Positions 53,730 through 63,579 of a DNA stretch of 64,000 nt are shown piece by piece. The stretch is from NCBI GenBank assembly GCA_050013255.1, contig JBEKFP010000001.1, positions 864,001-928,000 on the forward strand, in the 5' to 3' direction. The first letter of the stretch is position 1. Each line of letters begins with the position of its first letter. The position numbers and the translations under genes were made by a program. The notes beneath the pieces were generated by a model. It was given only the letters and a program-made list of their open reading frames with translations. It made no database searches and was not told the DNA's origin. Source of the stretch: Candidatus Bathyarchaeia archaeon (lineage in GTDB: Archaea > Thermoproteota > Bathyarchaeia > 40CM-2-53-6).

Positions 53730-54224
53730 TTGCCAGCAAAAAAGTATCTCAAGGAGAAGGAAGCAAAACAGCTCCTCAGGGAATTCATACAACGCTATCC
53801 AACTTCTGAAGCGTTTCTTCGTTCGGTCAACGTGTTTGAGGAGCTACCTGTGGACGAGAGATGGGTCTTCTTCTTGGATGGAAGGCCACTAATTTTGCGC
53901 ACGAAATCTGGTTTACTTCCATCTCTAAAGTTTGATGAAGTCATCAACTCTTTGCCCAAGATTGTTGTCGATATGGGTGCCGTGGCGCATTTGGCGAACG
54001 GCGCGCATGTCATGAGGCCAGGAATTAGAGAGATTCGAAATGATTTCGCGAAGGGGGAGTTGCTATTGATAGTTGACGAAAAGTTCGGGAAGAGCATCGC
54101 CTTGGGGTTTGCTGATGCGGATTCAACGGTGATGAAATCGGCGAATAAGGGCAAAGTGGTCATGAACGTGCATTACGTCGGGGATGAGCTCTGGAAATCA
54201 TTCACAGCCAGCAATGCAAGTTAA
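53730..54224 (+). CDS. PUA-domain RNA-binding protein (DUF1947/MCT-1-like)
   Basis: VVDMGAV..LANGAHVMRPGI, HYVGD..W. Confidence 0.9.
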   Translation: MPAKKYLKEKEAKQLLREFIQRYPTSEAFLRSVNVFEELPVDERWVFFLDGRPLILRTKSGLLPSLKFDEVINSLPKIVVDMGAVAHLANGAHVMRPGIREIRNDFAKGELLLIVDEKFGKSIALGFADADSTVMKSANKGKVVMNVHYVGDELWKSFTASNAS

Positions 54225-54376
54225 TTGAACGTTAGGCTTGTTCCAATGGAAATGGCGCCACTTCGGTTCTCCACGCAGATCCATTCTTCTGGGCGGGTGA
54301 GTGACAAACTACGCACACTTCTCTAAGGTGGGTGCGTGTGGTCTTTACATAGGCGTGTTAGACTGCCCTCTCTTAG

Positions 54377-54802
54377 GTGCAAATGTTTAAAGTGCCATCA
54401 ATCGAGACAACTCAGCCAACCTCGAGTTGCCCTCAATTGATCGGTTCAGACGATGAAAGAGATGAGAGGTTCCCATTGGTGAATCCATCCATTCAACACC
54501 CAATCTACGTCAAAGCGTACCCGCTTCGAGATCCCATGGACGTCCCCAGAATTAAGGCTGAGATTATCGAAGGCAATATCCTAATCGTCAAGATAACTCC
54601 CATCGCGAAACGAAGTGTCGAAGAGACAAAATCGGCAATAGGCGAACTCGTCGAGTTTGTTAAATCAATTCAGGGCGATATTGCAAGGCTCGGGGAAGAA
54701 AGGATCGTCATGACTCCACCAACCGTGAAAGTATGGCGGGGAAGGGAGAATTCTCGCCTCGAAGTTGCCACGGCTGGAGCGACCGCGAACAACGAAACGT
54801 AG
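54377..54802 (+). CDS. sepF: Cell division protein SepF (archaeal)
   Basis: GNILIV.ITP, GDIARLGEERIVMTP..VK; start may be further downstream. Confidence 0.8.
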   Translation: MQMFKVPSIETTQPTSSCPQLIGSDDERDERFPLVNPSIQHPIYVKAYPLRDPMDVPRIKAEIIEGNILIVKITPIAKRSVEETKSAIGELVEFVKSIQGDIARLGEERIVMTPPTVKVWRGRENSRLEVATAGATANNET

Positions 54803-54864
54803 CCAACTCTAACTCTTTAGCAAGATAGCCCTATCGGGCTGGGCTGCCACGATTTATACTAAGT

Positions 54865-56796
54865 TCATCTTAACCTGAGTTTCTCGAGGTTATCCGGCGC
54901 GGTTGTTCTCATCTTCAGAATCCTTGAGATTTGGTGCGCGAACAGGTCGGTCTTGCGCCGCTCACCATGCCCAAGTATGACTCGTGACGGCCTCGGCGAG
55001 ACTCGTTTGAGGAAGGCGAAAAGCTGGTTTCTATCAGAGTGTCCTGAGAAGCCTTCTACGCTCTCAACATGCAAGTTCACCTTCAAAGCCTCAACCTTTC
55101 CGTTCCTACCCATCAAGGAAACCTCGCGGGCACCATTTTTGAGCCTGTTTCCCAGTGTGCCTTCAACCTGGTAGCTCACGAAGATCAATGAGTTTTTCTC
55201 ATCCGAAGCGAGGTAACGGAAGTAGTCGATCGCAGGACCACCTTCCATCATACCCGAAGTTGCGAGAATAATACACGGTGGCCCGGCCGCTATCTTCTCC
55301 CGCTCGGAGGGATGGTCGACGTTCGTGAAGTAATCTGACTGGAAAGGGTTAATGTCTTTGTAGAGAATTTGTTCCCTAAGGTCGCGTGCTAAGTATTCGG
55401 GGTAGGCGGTGTGGATGGCTGTCGCTTCAGATATCATGCCTTCTATGAAGATTGGGAGTTCTTTGATTTGCTTATTCTTCATGTAAGCGTTCAGAACAAG
55501 CATGATTTCTTGAGCACGCCCCACAGCCAGAGTCGGGATAAGTATCTTACCGCCCCTCTCCGCCGTCTCGTTGACAATCCTAGCTAGCTTACCCTCTACT
55601 GTTTCCCGATCGGACATGACGTCGTCCGGACCGCCGTACGTGCTTTCCATGATTAGGGTCTCAGCGCGTGGAAACGAGCAGACAGCTGGCTCCAGAAGCA
55701 TCGTTCGGCCGAATTTGAAATCGCCAGTGAATATGACGTTTGTAAGCCCTTCTCCGATGTGGAGGTGAACGATCGAGCTTCCAATGATGTGGCCTGCATT
55801 GTGGAGGGTAAGTTTGATATCGGGTGCTACATCCGTGACCACACCGTACTTTACGGGTATGGTGTGCATAACGACTTCGCGCACATCCTTCTGGTCGTAG
55901 GGCGGATGTCCGCCTTCCTTGCCGAAAATATCCAAATAATCAAGTTGCAGGAGCGTCATCAGCACCGCTGTTGGTTCAGAGCAGTAGACTGGGCCGTCAT
56001 ACCCATATTTGTAGAGGAACGGAACGAACCCACAATGATCTAGGTGTGCGTGGGAGATTATTACGGCATCTAATTTGTCAATGTCAAATTCATCGCTGTC
56101 GATTCGGGGGAATGCGTAGATGGGCCGGTCCGCCCCTGCGCTTATGCCGCAGTCCATTAGCACACAGCTTTCCTCGGTTTCCACGAGCATCGCAGACCTT
56201 CCAACCTCATGGAACCCGCCGAGCGGCGTTAGGTAAACACTCGAGGTCTTTTGGAGCCTTGTGCGAAAAATGCGTTCGCCAACGTCGCGGAAGATTCTGC
56301 TTCTCTCTTCGCTTTCGGAATGCAGAATATGCCTAGAACTCGCGATTATCTTCGATGGGAGTGGAGGTGCCCGCAAAACTCGGGGTCGCCAGCTAGTTTT
56401 CTTAATGATCTCTTGAAGGGTAACCCCATCCTTGCCTATCGCCAAGCCAGGTTTCTTAGCCTCAATAACCACCTCGCCCAAGCTTGGGTCGAAGTTTATC
56501 TCCGTTATCTCAGCTTCTGCGGGTATAATGCCCTTGATCAAACGATCAGATTCCTTCTCAATAAGCCGGATTGAAGGGTCGGATCGTATGACAACGCGCT
56601 TGTGTAGTAAGTTGACGATGTCGGTGACCACGTGACTCTGTTCTAGCAGAAGTCCGACGTTCTTGACGTAGATTGCGAGGCGTGGCCCTTCAAATTCGAT
56701 TCGGGTTATCTCAGCCTCCTTCGGCATGTGGGTGACAATGGTTTCACGTATCCTTGCCTGCGAATCGTCCACTAGTCTCGCCACTGAGGAAACCAC
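54865..56796 (-). CDS. Beta-CASP ribonuclease aCPSF1 (KH-KH-MBL-beta-CASP; FttA)
   Basis: IEFEGP, KPGLAIGK, LGGFHEVGRS, SHAHLDH, AGHIIGS, TGDFK, ESTYGG, GFSGHSD, HGE. Confidence 0.97.
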   Translation of the reverse strand: MVSSVARLVDDSQARIRETIVTHMPKEAEITRIEFEGPRLAIYVKNVGLLLEQSHVVTDIVNLLHKRVVIRSDPSIRLIEKESDRLIKGIIPAEAEITEINFDPSLGEVVIEAKKPGLAIGKDGVTLQEIIKKTSWRPRVLRAPPLPSKIIASSRHILHSESEERSRIFRDVGERIFRTRLQKTSSVYLTPLGGFHEVGRSAMLVETEESCVLMDCGISAGADRPIYAFPRIDSDEFDIDKLDAVIISHAHLDHCGFVPFLYKYGYDGPVYCSEPTAVLMTLLQLDYLDIFGKEGGHPPYDQKDVREVVMHTIPVKYGVVTDVAPDIKLTLHNAGHIIGSSIVHLHIGEGLTNVIFTGDFKFGRTMLLEPAVCSFPRAETLIMESTYGGPDDVMSDRETVEGKLARIVNETAERGGKILIPTLAVGRAQEIMLVLNAYMKNKQIKELPIFIEGMISEATAIHTAYPEYLARDLREQILYKDINPFQSDYFTNVDHPSEREKIAAGPPCIILATSGMMEGGPAIDYFRYLASDEKNSLIFVSYQVEGTLGNRLKNGAREVSLMGRNGKVEALKVNLHVESVEGFSGHSDRNQLFAFLKRVSPRPSRVILGHGERRKTDLFAHQISRILKMRTTAPDNLEKLRLR

Positions 56797-56843
56797 CCTA
56801 AACTCGAATAATCAGGAATTATCTAGGTTCAGAATTAGCTGGG

Positions 56844-57485
56844 CTAAGTGAGGATTCCTTTCTTCTCTTGTTCGCTCAGTTCCTTGTAACCATCCTTTGA
56901 GATTACAGCAACATCGAAGCTATCTCCGCTTGCCGAGTCGCGCTTCATAGCTTCATTGACTGCGCGAACTACTAGCGGTATAGCTTCCTTAACCGACATG
57001 CCTTCCCTGTAACCAGGTTCGAGAACTCCGTAGGCAACTGGTGAGCCAGAGCCAGTTGAGACGTATTTCTCTTCGGTAACACTCCCAAGTGGGTCGAGGG
57101 CAAAAATGTGCCCGCCTTGGTCATCCACGCCTCCAATAATAGATTGCAGAATGAAGGGATAGTACCTAGATTGGAAGAGAATATTCGCAGCCAAACGTGC
57201 AACAGCACTAATCGGTATGGGCAGACCCTTCTCGTATTTGTAGAGTTTAGAGTTCGCGCGCAGCATCTCAACCACCGTTTGCGCGTCGGCAACGCCTCCG
57301 GCGATCGTCATGGCTACGTGCTCGTCGATTGGGTAGACTTTTTTCGCCCGTTTATGCGCCACGAAGGTGCCCAGTGTGGCGCGGGTATCGGTTCCGAGTA
57401 CGATGCCGTCTTTGCAGACTACGCCCATAGTAGTCGTGCCGGTCATCACGTACTTCGGCATGTTGTTTTTCTCTTGGTGGTACAT
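56844..57485 (-). CDS. psmB: Proteasome subunit beta
   Basis: Propeptide MYHQ...MTG|TTT, DTRAT, AGGVADAQ, TGSGSPVAYG, RDSASGD; start at ATG 57485. Confidence 0.96.
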   Translation of the reverse strand: MYHQEKNNMPKYVMTGTTTMGVVCKDGIVLGTDTRATLGTFVAHKRAKKVYPIDEHVAMTIAGGVADAQTVVEMLRANSKLYKYEKGLPIPISAVARLAANILFQSRYYPFILQSIIGGVDDQGGHIFALDPLGSVTEEKYVSTGSGSPVAYGVLEPGYREGMSVKEAIPLVVRAVNEAMKRDSASGDSFDVAVISKDGYKELSEQEKKGILT

Positions 57486-57704
57486 AGTTTGTTTTCCTCC
57501 GAGAACATTTTTCGGAGCATAACGCAATCGCGCTGAAGAACGTTCGAGCGCGGTCGAATAGACCCAAGCACGAGAACTTAAAAACGTTTCCCGAAACTTT
57601 CGCGTGGATTCAACGTTCGCTCGAAAGTTGGTCAATAAATAGGGCAACTTAAAGCCGCAGCACAGAATGTTCCCTAAATTCGTTTAGATGCCTTCCTCGT
57701 TGGA

Positions 57705-58142
57705 ATGGAAATGGAAAACGCCTACCAGCTGGAAAACAAGATGATGGAAGAAGCGTACGAAGAACTGGCGTCACGCGGCGAGCTTTCGATCCGACTGAAG
57801 GAGAGACTTGAGAAGACCTTTGGTGAGCGTTTCACCAACGGTTGGAAACTTGCGAATTCACGGAGTGTTCGTCGGTACGAGTTTAAACCCAGCAGCAGAG
57901 TGGTTTGGGTTGTTCAAGGCCGGAAGAGCGAGTACCAAGTCATGCCCGACATACCGTTCTGCTATTGTGATGATTACTACTTTCGAGTGATGGACAAGAA
58001 GCGAGGTCTCTGCTACCACATAATAGCCCAACACATAGCAGAAGCCCTTAACAAATTTGAGAAAATATCGAAGCGTGACTCGCAATACTCGAGCATAACA
58101 GATCGCTGGAGGGCCAAGGAATTAGCTGAAAGTTCAGAATAA
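57705..58142 (+). CDS. SWIM zinc-finger protein
   Basis: VWVVQG...Y.V....FCYCDD...LCYHIIA (CxC-xn-CxH). Confidence 0.8.
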   Translation: MEMENAYQLENKMMEEAYEELASRGELSIRLKERLEKTFGERFTNGWKLANSRSVRRYEFKPSSRVVWVVQGRKSEYQVMPDIPFCYCDDYYFRVMDKKRGLCYHIIAQHIAEALNKFEKISKRDSQYSSITDRWRAKELAESSE

Positions 58143-58194
58143 GCAGTGTTTAAATGGGGACTAGCTTTCTACGGGGAATGCGAGTGTTAGGAAA

Positions 58195-58305
58195 TTGACA
58201 ACGGACGAATTCTGGGGCCTCTTCCAGATCGGAATCGTTTTTGTGGCTTTCCTAGCAGTTATTCTAATCTTTGTTTACCTCGCATACGAGAAACCATCTG
58301 CCTGA
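58195..58305 (+). CDS. Small single-TM protein (36 aa), below ORF-track cutoff
   Basis: TTG...TGA encoding MTTDEFWGLFQIGIVFVAFLAVILIFVYLAYEKPSA; TTTAAAT ~45 nt upstream. Confidence 0.5.
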   Translation: MTTDEFWGLFQIGIVFVAFLAVILIFVYLAYEKPSA

Positions 58306-58407
58306 TGAAAGGGATACGTGCCGCCGGCCGGAAAATCAATCTTCAAAGAGAAGGTCGGACGGTGGCAGAGCCACGCCTTACAAGTTAATTGGATCGAGGA
58401 TTAGACT

Positions 58408-61260
58408 TTGCTTGAGAACACATTTGCGCAGTTGCACAGGCCCATCCGGGCCCACTTGGAAAAGGTGGGTTTAGAGGAACCTAGCGACATTCAAAGAATC
58501 GCGATCCCGTCAATCCTCAGGGGAGAGAACGTCCTCGTAATCGCCCCTACGGGAACTGGGAAAACGCTGGCATGCATTCTTCCCATTTTCAACATGTTCT
58601 TGGAGCGCAGGTCAGCTGGGGAGACGAAGGGTATCTCAATCCTGTACGTGACTCCGCTTAGGGCGCTGAATCGGGATATTGTGCGGAGACTTACAGATGT
58701 GGGAAAGGAACTTGACATCAAGGTCCAAGTGAGGCATGGGGACACGCCAATTAGCGCAAGGACAAGGCAAGCCAAATCGCCTCCCGAGATGCTGGTCACA
58801 ACGCCAGAAACTCTCCAAGCGATACTGCCGGGAAAGAGGATGCGTGAGCACCTGAAAGGCGTCAGGTGGGTCGTTGTTGACGAGATTCACGAGCTTGCAA
58901 CAGACAAGCGCGGCGTCCAACTCTCAGTGGCTTTGGAACGGCTAGAGCACTTAACCGGCAGGGCCTTTCAAAGGATCGGATTGTCAGCTACAGTGGGTGA
59001 GGAGAAGAAAGTCGGAAAGTTCCTGTCCGGAACTGCTCGTAATGTGACTGTTGCCAAGTCGGAAGAGCTTAGGCAGATTCAGATCGATGTCGAATACGTA
59101 CCACCCACACCCGCAGACATGAAGGATTCTGACAAGTTCGGTTTACCGCCCACAACAATAGCGAGGGCGAAGAAAGTGGCTGAAGTCATATCGGGAAAGC
59201 AGTCGACGCTCGTTTTCACAAATACTCGTGAACAGGCCGAAGCGGTTGGGTCACAGCTTCACGCCCTCAAGCCTGAGCTACAAGTGCGAGTACATCACGG
59301 TTCCCTCTCCCGGGAGATCAGGGAGGAGGTTGAGCAGGGATTCCAAAGCGGCTCAGTGAAAGGCGTGATTTGCACTTCATCACTCGAGCTTGGGATGGAT
59401 ATTGGTAGAGTAGATTACATTGTTCAATACATGTCGCCTAGAATGTCCACACGCCTCATTCAGAGAATAGGGCGAAGTGGCCACACGTTGCGAGGGCTAG
59501 CCAAGGGAACGGTAATTGGTGCGTGGGCAGATGATCTATTGGAAGCCGCTGTGCTCGCTGCCAATGCGAGGGCCGGGACGATCGAGCGAACGGTGATACA
59601 CGACAAGGCATTGGACGTTCTGGCCCATCAAATTGTTGGCATAACCCTAGATCTGAAGAGGGCTAAGCTCAGCGAACTGTACGAGATTGTTCACGGCTCC
59701 TACCCATACCGGGACATTACAGGAGAGGAATTGCATGGGCTCGTCAAATTCTTGGATTCAGTGGGAATGATTAGGCTTGTGGACGATGTAATTTCCGCTC
59801 GTTTTTCGCGAACCTTCAGATACTACTACGAGAACCTTTCCGTAATACCCGATGTGAAACGTTTCGACGTGTTCGACTTTTTCCGGAAACGCAGGATTGG
59901 AACGCTAGATCAAGATTTCGTGGCCAGGAAGTGCAAAGGGGGTACAGTTTTCATTATACATGGCCAAACATGGAAGATAATCAATGTTAACGAAGAGAAG
60001 CACTCAATCGAAGTGGAACCAACAGCACCAACTTTGGACGCTATCCCCAGTTGGGAAGGGGAAATTATTCCGGTTAGTTTCGAAACCGCACAACAGGTCG
60101 GCAAACTAAGGGCAGACATGGCCTCGAAGTTTGAGGATCAGGCGGGGCTTAGGGCGATTCAGGCGCAACTACAGCTCTCGGATAACGCGGTCAACAAGAT
60201 CACTGAAACTCTGCGGGCACAGTTGAAGAATTTTCCCTTGCCCACAGACAGACACATCATATTGGAAAAGTTCGAGAACTGCATAATCATTCATGCTTGC
60301 TTCGGGAGTACCGTCAACGATACCCTCGCAATGATCCTTGCTACAATGCTCAGTGCCAAGTATAGTGTAAACGTGGCAACCCAAACGGACCCGTACCGAA
60401 TAGCCTTGATCTGCCCATTCAAGATTGAACCAGAAACCGTTGCGTTAGAGCTCTCAAAGTTCACTCCGGATGATGTCGAGAAGGTTTTGGTCGAATCCCT
60501 TCAAACCTCGGATCTTTTCGCGTGGAAGCATTGGCACGTGGCTCGGCGGTTCGGCATCATTGAGAGGAAAGCAGACTACAAATCCATCCGTTCCCGAATG
60601 CTCGTTCGCGCAATGAAAGACACGCCGGTGAACGTGGAGACTCAAAGGGAGGTTCTTCTCGAAAAGTTCGACTTGGCAACGACGAAGGACATAATCGCGA
60701 AGCTGCACGCCCGAGAGATAACCATCGATGTCACCTCAGAGAGGGCCGAATCATGTTCGCCTTTCGCGATCCCAATAGTCGACAAAATTATCCCACACGA
60801 CCTGCTTAGGCCTGCCGTCCCGTCGAAGTCATTGACGGATATCGTAAGGGAGCGGTTGCTCGCCGAAACAGTTCGCCTCATCTGCATTTTCAATGGGGAC
60901 TGGGACGCGGTTCGTGTTGTGGGTGAACTGCGTGAGAAGATACGTTGTCCAAAATGCGGCTCCACGCTAATTGCGGCCACATACATGGGCAATGATGCAT
61001 TGCTACATATTGTTAAGAAGAAAAAGAAGGGCGCGAAGCTATCAGCCGAGGAAGAACATAATTGGCGTCAGGCCTGGCTGAGCGCCAGCCTCGTACAGAC
61101 AAAGGGAAAGGAAGCCGTCGTGGTTCTAAGTGGGCGAGGCGTAGGCCCCGTGACCGCAACCCGGATCCTAAGAAGACTGCACAGAACAACGGAAGACATG
61201 TACGTCGATATCCTCAAGGCTGAACGCGAATACGCAAGAACACGCCTCTTCTGGGATTAA
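58408..61260 (+). CDS. lhr: Lhr-family SF2 DEAD/DEAH helicase with C-terminal Cys-rich region
   Basis: APTGTGKT, PLRALNRD, RHGDT, TTPETL, DEIHE, GLSAT, HHGSL, SSLELGMDIG, QRIGRSGH, PSWEGE, CPKCGS. Confidence 0.95.
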   Translation: MLENTFAQLHRPIRAHLEKVGLEEPSDIQRIAIPSILRGENVLVIAPTGTGKTLACILPIFNMFLERRSAGETKGISILYVTPLRALNRDIVRRLTDVGKELDIKVQVRHGDTPISARTRQAKSPPEMLVTTPETLQAILPGKRMREHLKGVRWVVVDEIHELATDKRGVQLSVALERLEHLTGRAFQRIGLSATVGEEKKVGKFLSGTARNVTVAKSEELRQIQIDVEYVPPTPADMKDSDKFGLPPTTIARAKKVAEVISGKQSTLVFTNTREQAEAVGSQLHALKPELQVRVHHGSLSREIREEVEQGFQSGSVKGVICTSSLELGMDIGRVDYIVQYMSPRMSTRLIQRIGRSGHTLRGLAKGTVIGAWADDLLEAAVLAANARAGTIERTVIHDKALDVLAHQIVGITLDLKRAKLSELYEIVHGSYPYRDITGEELHGLVKFLDSVGMIRLVDDVISARFSRTFRYYYENLSVIPDVKRFDVFDFFRKRRIGTLDQDFVARKCKGGTVFIIHGQTWKIINVNEEKHSIEVEPTAPTLDAIPSWEGEIIPVSFETAQQVGKLRADMASKFEDQAGLRAIQAQLQLSDNAVNKITETLRAQLKNFPLPTDRHIILEKFENCIIIHACFGSTVNDTLAMILATMLSAKYSVNVATQTDPYRIALICPFKIEPETVALELSKFTPDDVEKVLVESLQTSDLFAWKHWHVARRFGIIERKADYKSIRSRMLVRAMKDTPVNVETQREVLLEKFDLATTKDIIAKLHAREITIDVTSERAESCSPFAIPIVDKIIPHDLLRPAVPSKSLTDIVRERLLAETVRLICIFNGDWDAVRVVGELREKIRCPKCGSTLIAATYMGNDALLHIVKKKKKGAKLSAEEEHNWRQAWLSASLVQTKGKEAVVVLSGRGVGPVTATRILRRLHRTTEDMYVDILKAEREYARTRLFWD

Positions 61261-61475
61261 GCGAACCAGACACACCGCCATACCTTATCGATACTGCTAG
61301 TCATCATCCCAGCGTGCACAGTTTTTGGGGGGAGACGATCTCCTGGGTGTTATCCGGTCGCTTCAACGAGAGTTGAAATGCATCTTTTCCACTGAGTGGA
61401 ATTACGATGTAGGTTTACCACATCTTCCACGCACACATATGACGCTCAATACGGAACATTTGGCTGAGGCTTTGG

Positions 61476-61667
61476 ATGTTGGTAAACGAGAAAACCCGAC
61501 ACGGCGGAACTACACTTTTCGTCTGCGAGTTCTGCGGTTCCGGCTACAGGGACATTAGCTTGGCAGAAGATTGTGAACAACATTGCGGGACTCTTGGATT
61601 CGCTTCAGCGGAGATAAGGCGGAAAGCCGTTTACGTGCCCAAGATAGAGATTATGCCCCTACTTTGA
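61476..61667 (+). CDS. Small zinc-finger-like protein
   Basis: CEFCG..Y.....A..CEQHC pattern typical of small archaeal Cys/His proteins. Confidence 0.65.
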   Translation: MLVNEKTRHGGTTLFVCEFCGSGYRDISLAEDCEQHCGTLGFASAEIRRKAVYVPKIEIMPLL

Positions 61668-61691
61668 AAGACCGTTCTAAATTCGCGATAC

Positions 61692-63503
61692 TTATTCCGC
61701 TTTTTCGTCTATGAGACTGGCGGTGCTTCCTTCGGTTGAATAGCCCAGATCCTGTTTCTCGTGAATATACTGTATCGATTCCTTGAACGCGTGGGGTAGG
61801 AATATGGGGCTAAGTCTTGCTCCTTGGATGGCGTATCCTTTTCGACCCCTAATTAGGAACAACAAAAGGGCCAATGAAATGGGAACTAACCAAAGATTCG
61901 CTAGGGCCTGCAGCAACTGCACCCGTAAGCCGGGGAGCATGCTTGCTGCTACGATGTCGATCTTAGAAGTTAGTGTCCTCGAAACTATTGGGAACACGTA
62001 GTGCTGAATGAACATCAGAACTGATAAAGCGGCTCCGACTACGAGGGTTCTCCAATTATAACGCCTGATATGTTCTATCGAACTGACGTTTGAGTAAGGT
62101 ATCTCCGTAGTGCTCCTGGAAAGCCGGCCCTGTTGAATGAACACCCTCTTGTTCGTGGCGACAAGCTTCTGCGAGCCATGGGACCAGGTACGAGCTACTA
62201 CCTCCGGTTCTGAAAGCGTGGATCTGACTTCCTTTGGAAGTTTCGCTAGACCGCTTTCCTCTTCGATTTCTTTCGTAAGAGCCTGGTCTAAATTTCCGAT
62301 TAATTTTGTGAGCGTGAATTCTCCAGCCCTTTTCCTCGCATTAGCTGAGTATTTCTCCCGCCTTGAACTATCTTCGACCAGTTCCACTACTGCATGGGCC
62401 GCCCCTTCAACGTCGCTAGGCCCCTTCACGTGGACGCCTTCCTGCCCGTTTCTAACAATCCACGATTGCCCGCCGACGCCTGAGGTGATCACCGGTACTC
62501 CCCTGAACATGAATTCAAGCTGAGTCAACCCCAGAGCCTCCATCCTGCTAAGCAGAATATTGAGGTAGGAAGATTCGATGAGTTGCACTTTTTCCTTTTC
62601 TCCTATTTCACCAAGATACGTAACGTTCACCAGTCCCTTCGCCCTCTCGATCACTTGCTCAGCGTATTCTGAATCACCTGAACCAGCTATGACAAAATGA
62701 ATTCCCTTTCTCTCCTTCAACTTTTCAGCAACTTCAAGAACTGCCATTGTATTCTTCCGTTCCTCGATCGTTCCAAGGTATGCAACTATCTTCGTATCGC
62801 GGGGAAGGTTGAAGCGTTGTAGTAGCTCTCCTGGGCTTGATGTTGCGAAACGGATGAACTCGTTATCGTCAACTCCTCCAGGGAAAAGAATACATTTCTC
62901 CCGAAGTGCGCCCATCTTTACTTTTGCCTGTTCCTCGTAGGGAGTCACTACGAGAACCAAGTTAGCGACACGAAGTATTGTTCTCAATGACAGGCGGTTC
63001 CATGCCATTCTGAAAGAACGTTCAACCACTGAGTATCTCCGGGCTGAGGGTTCTTGAAAATGGGACATGTGGCAAAATATCAGCGGATCTTGAAATCCGC
63101 CTAATTCCTTTATGTTGTGCCTCCATTCCACAAACTTCGCGACTTCTTCCGGTCCATTCCACATCGTGCTGTGAGTTATCAATACGTTAAGCCCGAAATC
63201 GTTGACAATTTCCTCCAATACGTGGACTACGTCCTTCAGGCTAACCCGGCGGGGGGGCCATTTAGAAGTAAAACTGCCCACACGAATAATCGGGATATCC
63301 AATTCACCGTCATTTACCTCAACATATCCCTTTTCTCCGAGAGATTCTTCACTGGCGATCTCTTTTCCATCGTGGTAAAGGCTGGTGATCAGGTATGCCG
63401 CGTGGCCGAGTCGCCTAAAATAGGTCACCATTCTTTGAGCAACAAGTTCTTGTCCCTTGGAGCGGCTCGTCTGATACATTATGACACCAATCTTCAGCTT
63501 CAA
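61692..63503 (-). CDS. GT4 glycosyltransferase with C-terminal membrane/bacterial-PH-like domain
   Basis: PGGVD, YLGTIEERKN, SRMEALGLTQLEFM..GVPVI; C-terminal LVATNKRVF...EIPYSNVSSI and two TM helices. Confidence 0.85.
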   Translation of the reverse strand: MKLKIGVIMYQTSRSKGQELVAQRMVTYFRRLGHAAYLITSLYHDGKEIASEESLGEKGYVEVNDGELDIPIIRVGSFTSKWPPRRVSLKDVVHVLEEIVNDFGLNVLITHSTMWNGPEEVAKFVEWRHNIKELGGFQDPLIFCHMSHFQEPSARRYSVVERSFRMAWNRLSLRTILRVANLVLVVTPYEEQAKVKMGALREKCILFPGGVDDNEFIRFATSSPGELLQRFNLPRDTKIVAYLGTIEERKNTMAVLEVAEKLKERKGIHFVIAGSGDSEYAEQVIERAKGLVNVTYLGEIGEKEKVQLIESSYLNILLSRMEALGLTQLEFMFRGVPVITSGVGGQSWIVRNGQEGVHVKGPSDVEGAAHAVVELVEDSSRREKYSANARKRAGEFTLTKLIGNLDQALTKEIEEESGLAKLPKEVRSTLSEPEVVARTWSHGSQKLVATNKRVFIQQGRLSRSTTEIPYSNVSSIEHIRRYNWRTLVVGAALSVLMFIQHYVFPIVSRTLTSKIDIVAASMLPGLRVQLLQALANLWLVPISLALLLFLIRGRKGYAIQGARLSPIFLPHAFKESIQYIHEKQDLGYSTEGSTASLIDEKAE

Positions 63504-63579
63504 GGGAGCTCACGCAAATACTCCTATGAGCCACCAGCGTTATAACGACATGTCCGCCGTGTGAGGACTGGTTCCTAAA

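Noticed and set aside
57486-57647. N-terminal extensions given by the ORF track for psmB (57647), DAO subunit (6156) and cblS (17957)
   Set aside because: Homology, SD position or start/stop overlaps support later starts (57485, 6000, 18062).
58408-61260. Inteins in Lhr or topoisomerase IB
   Set aside because: Motif spacing and lengths are normal; no intein termini or homing-endonuclease blocks.
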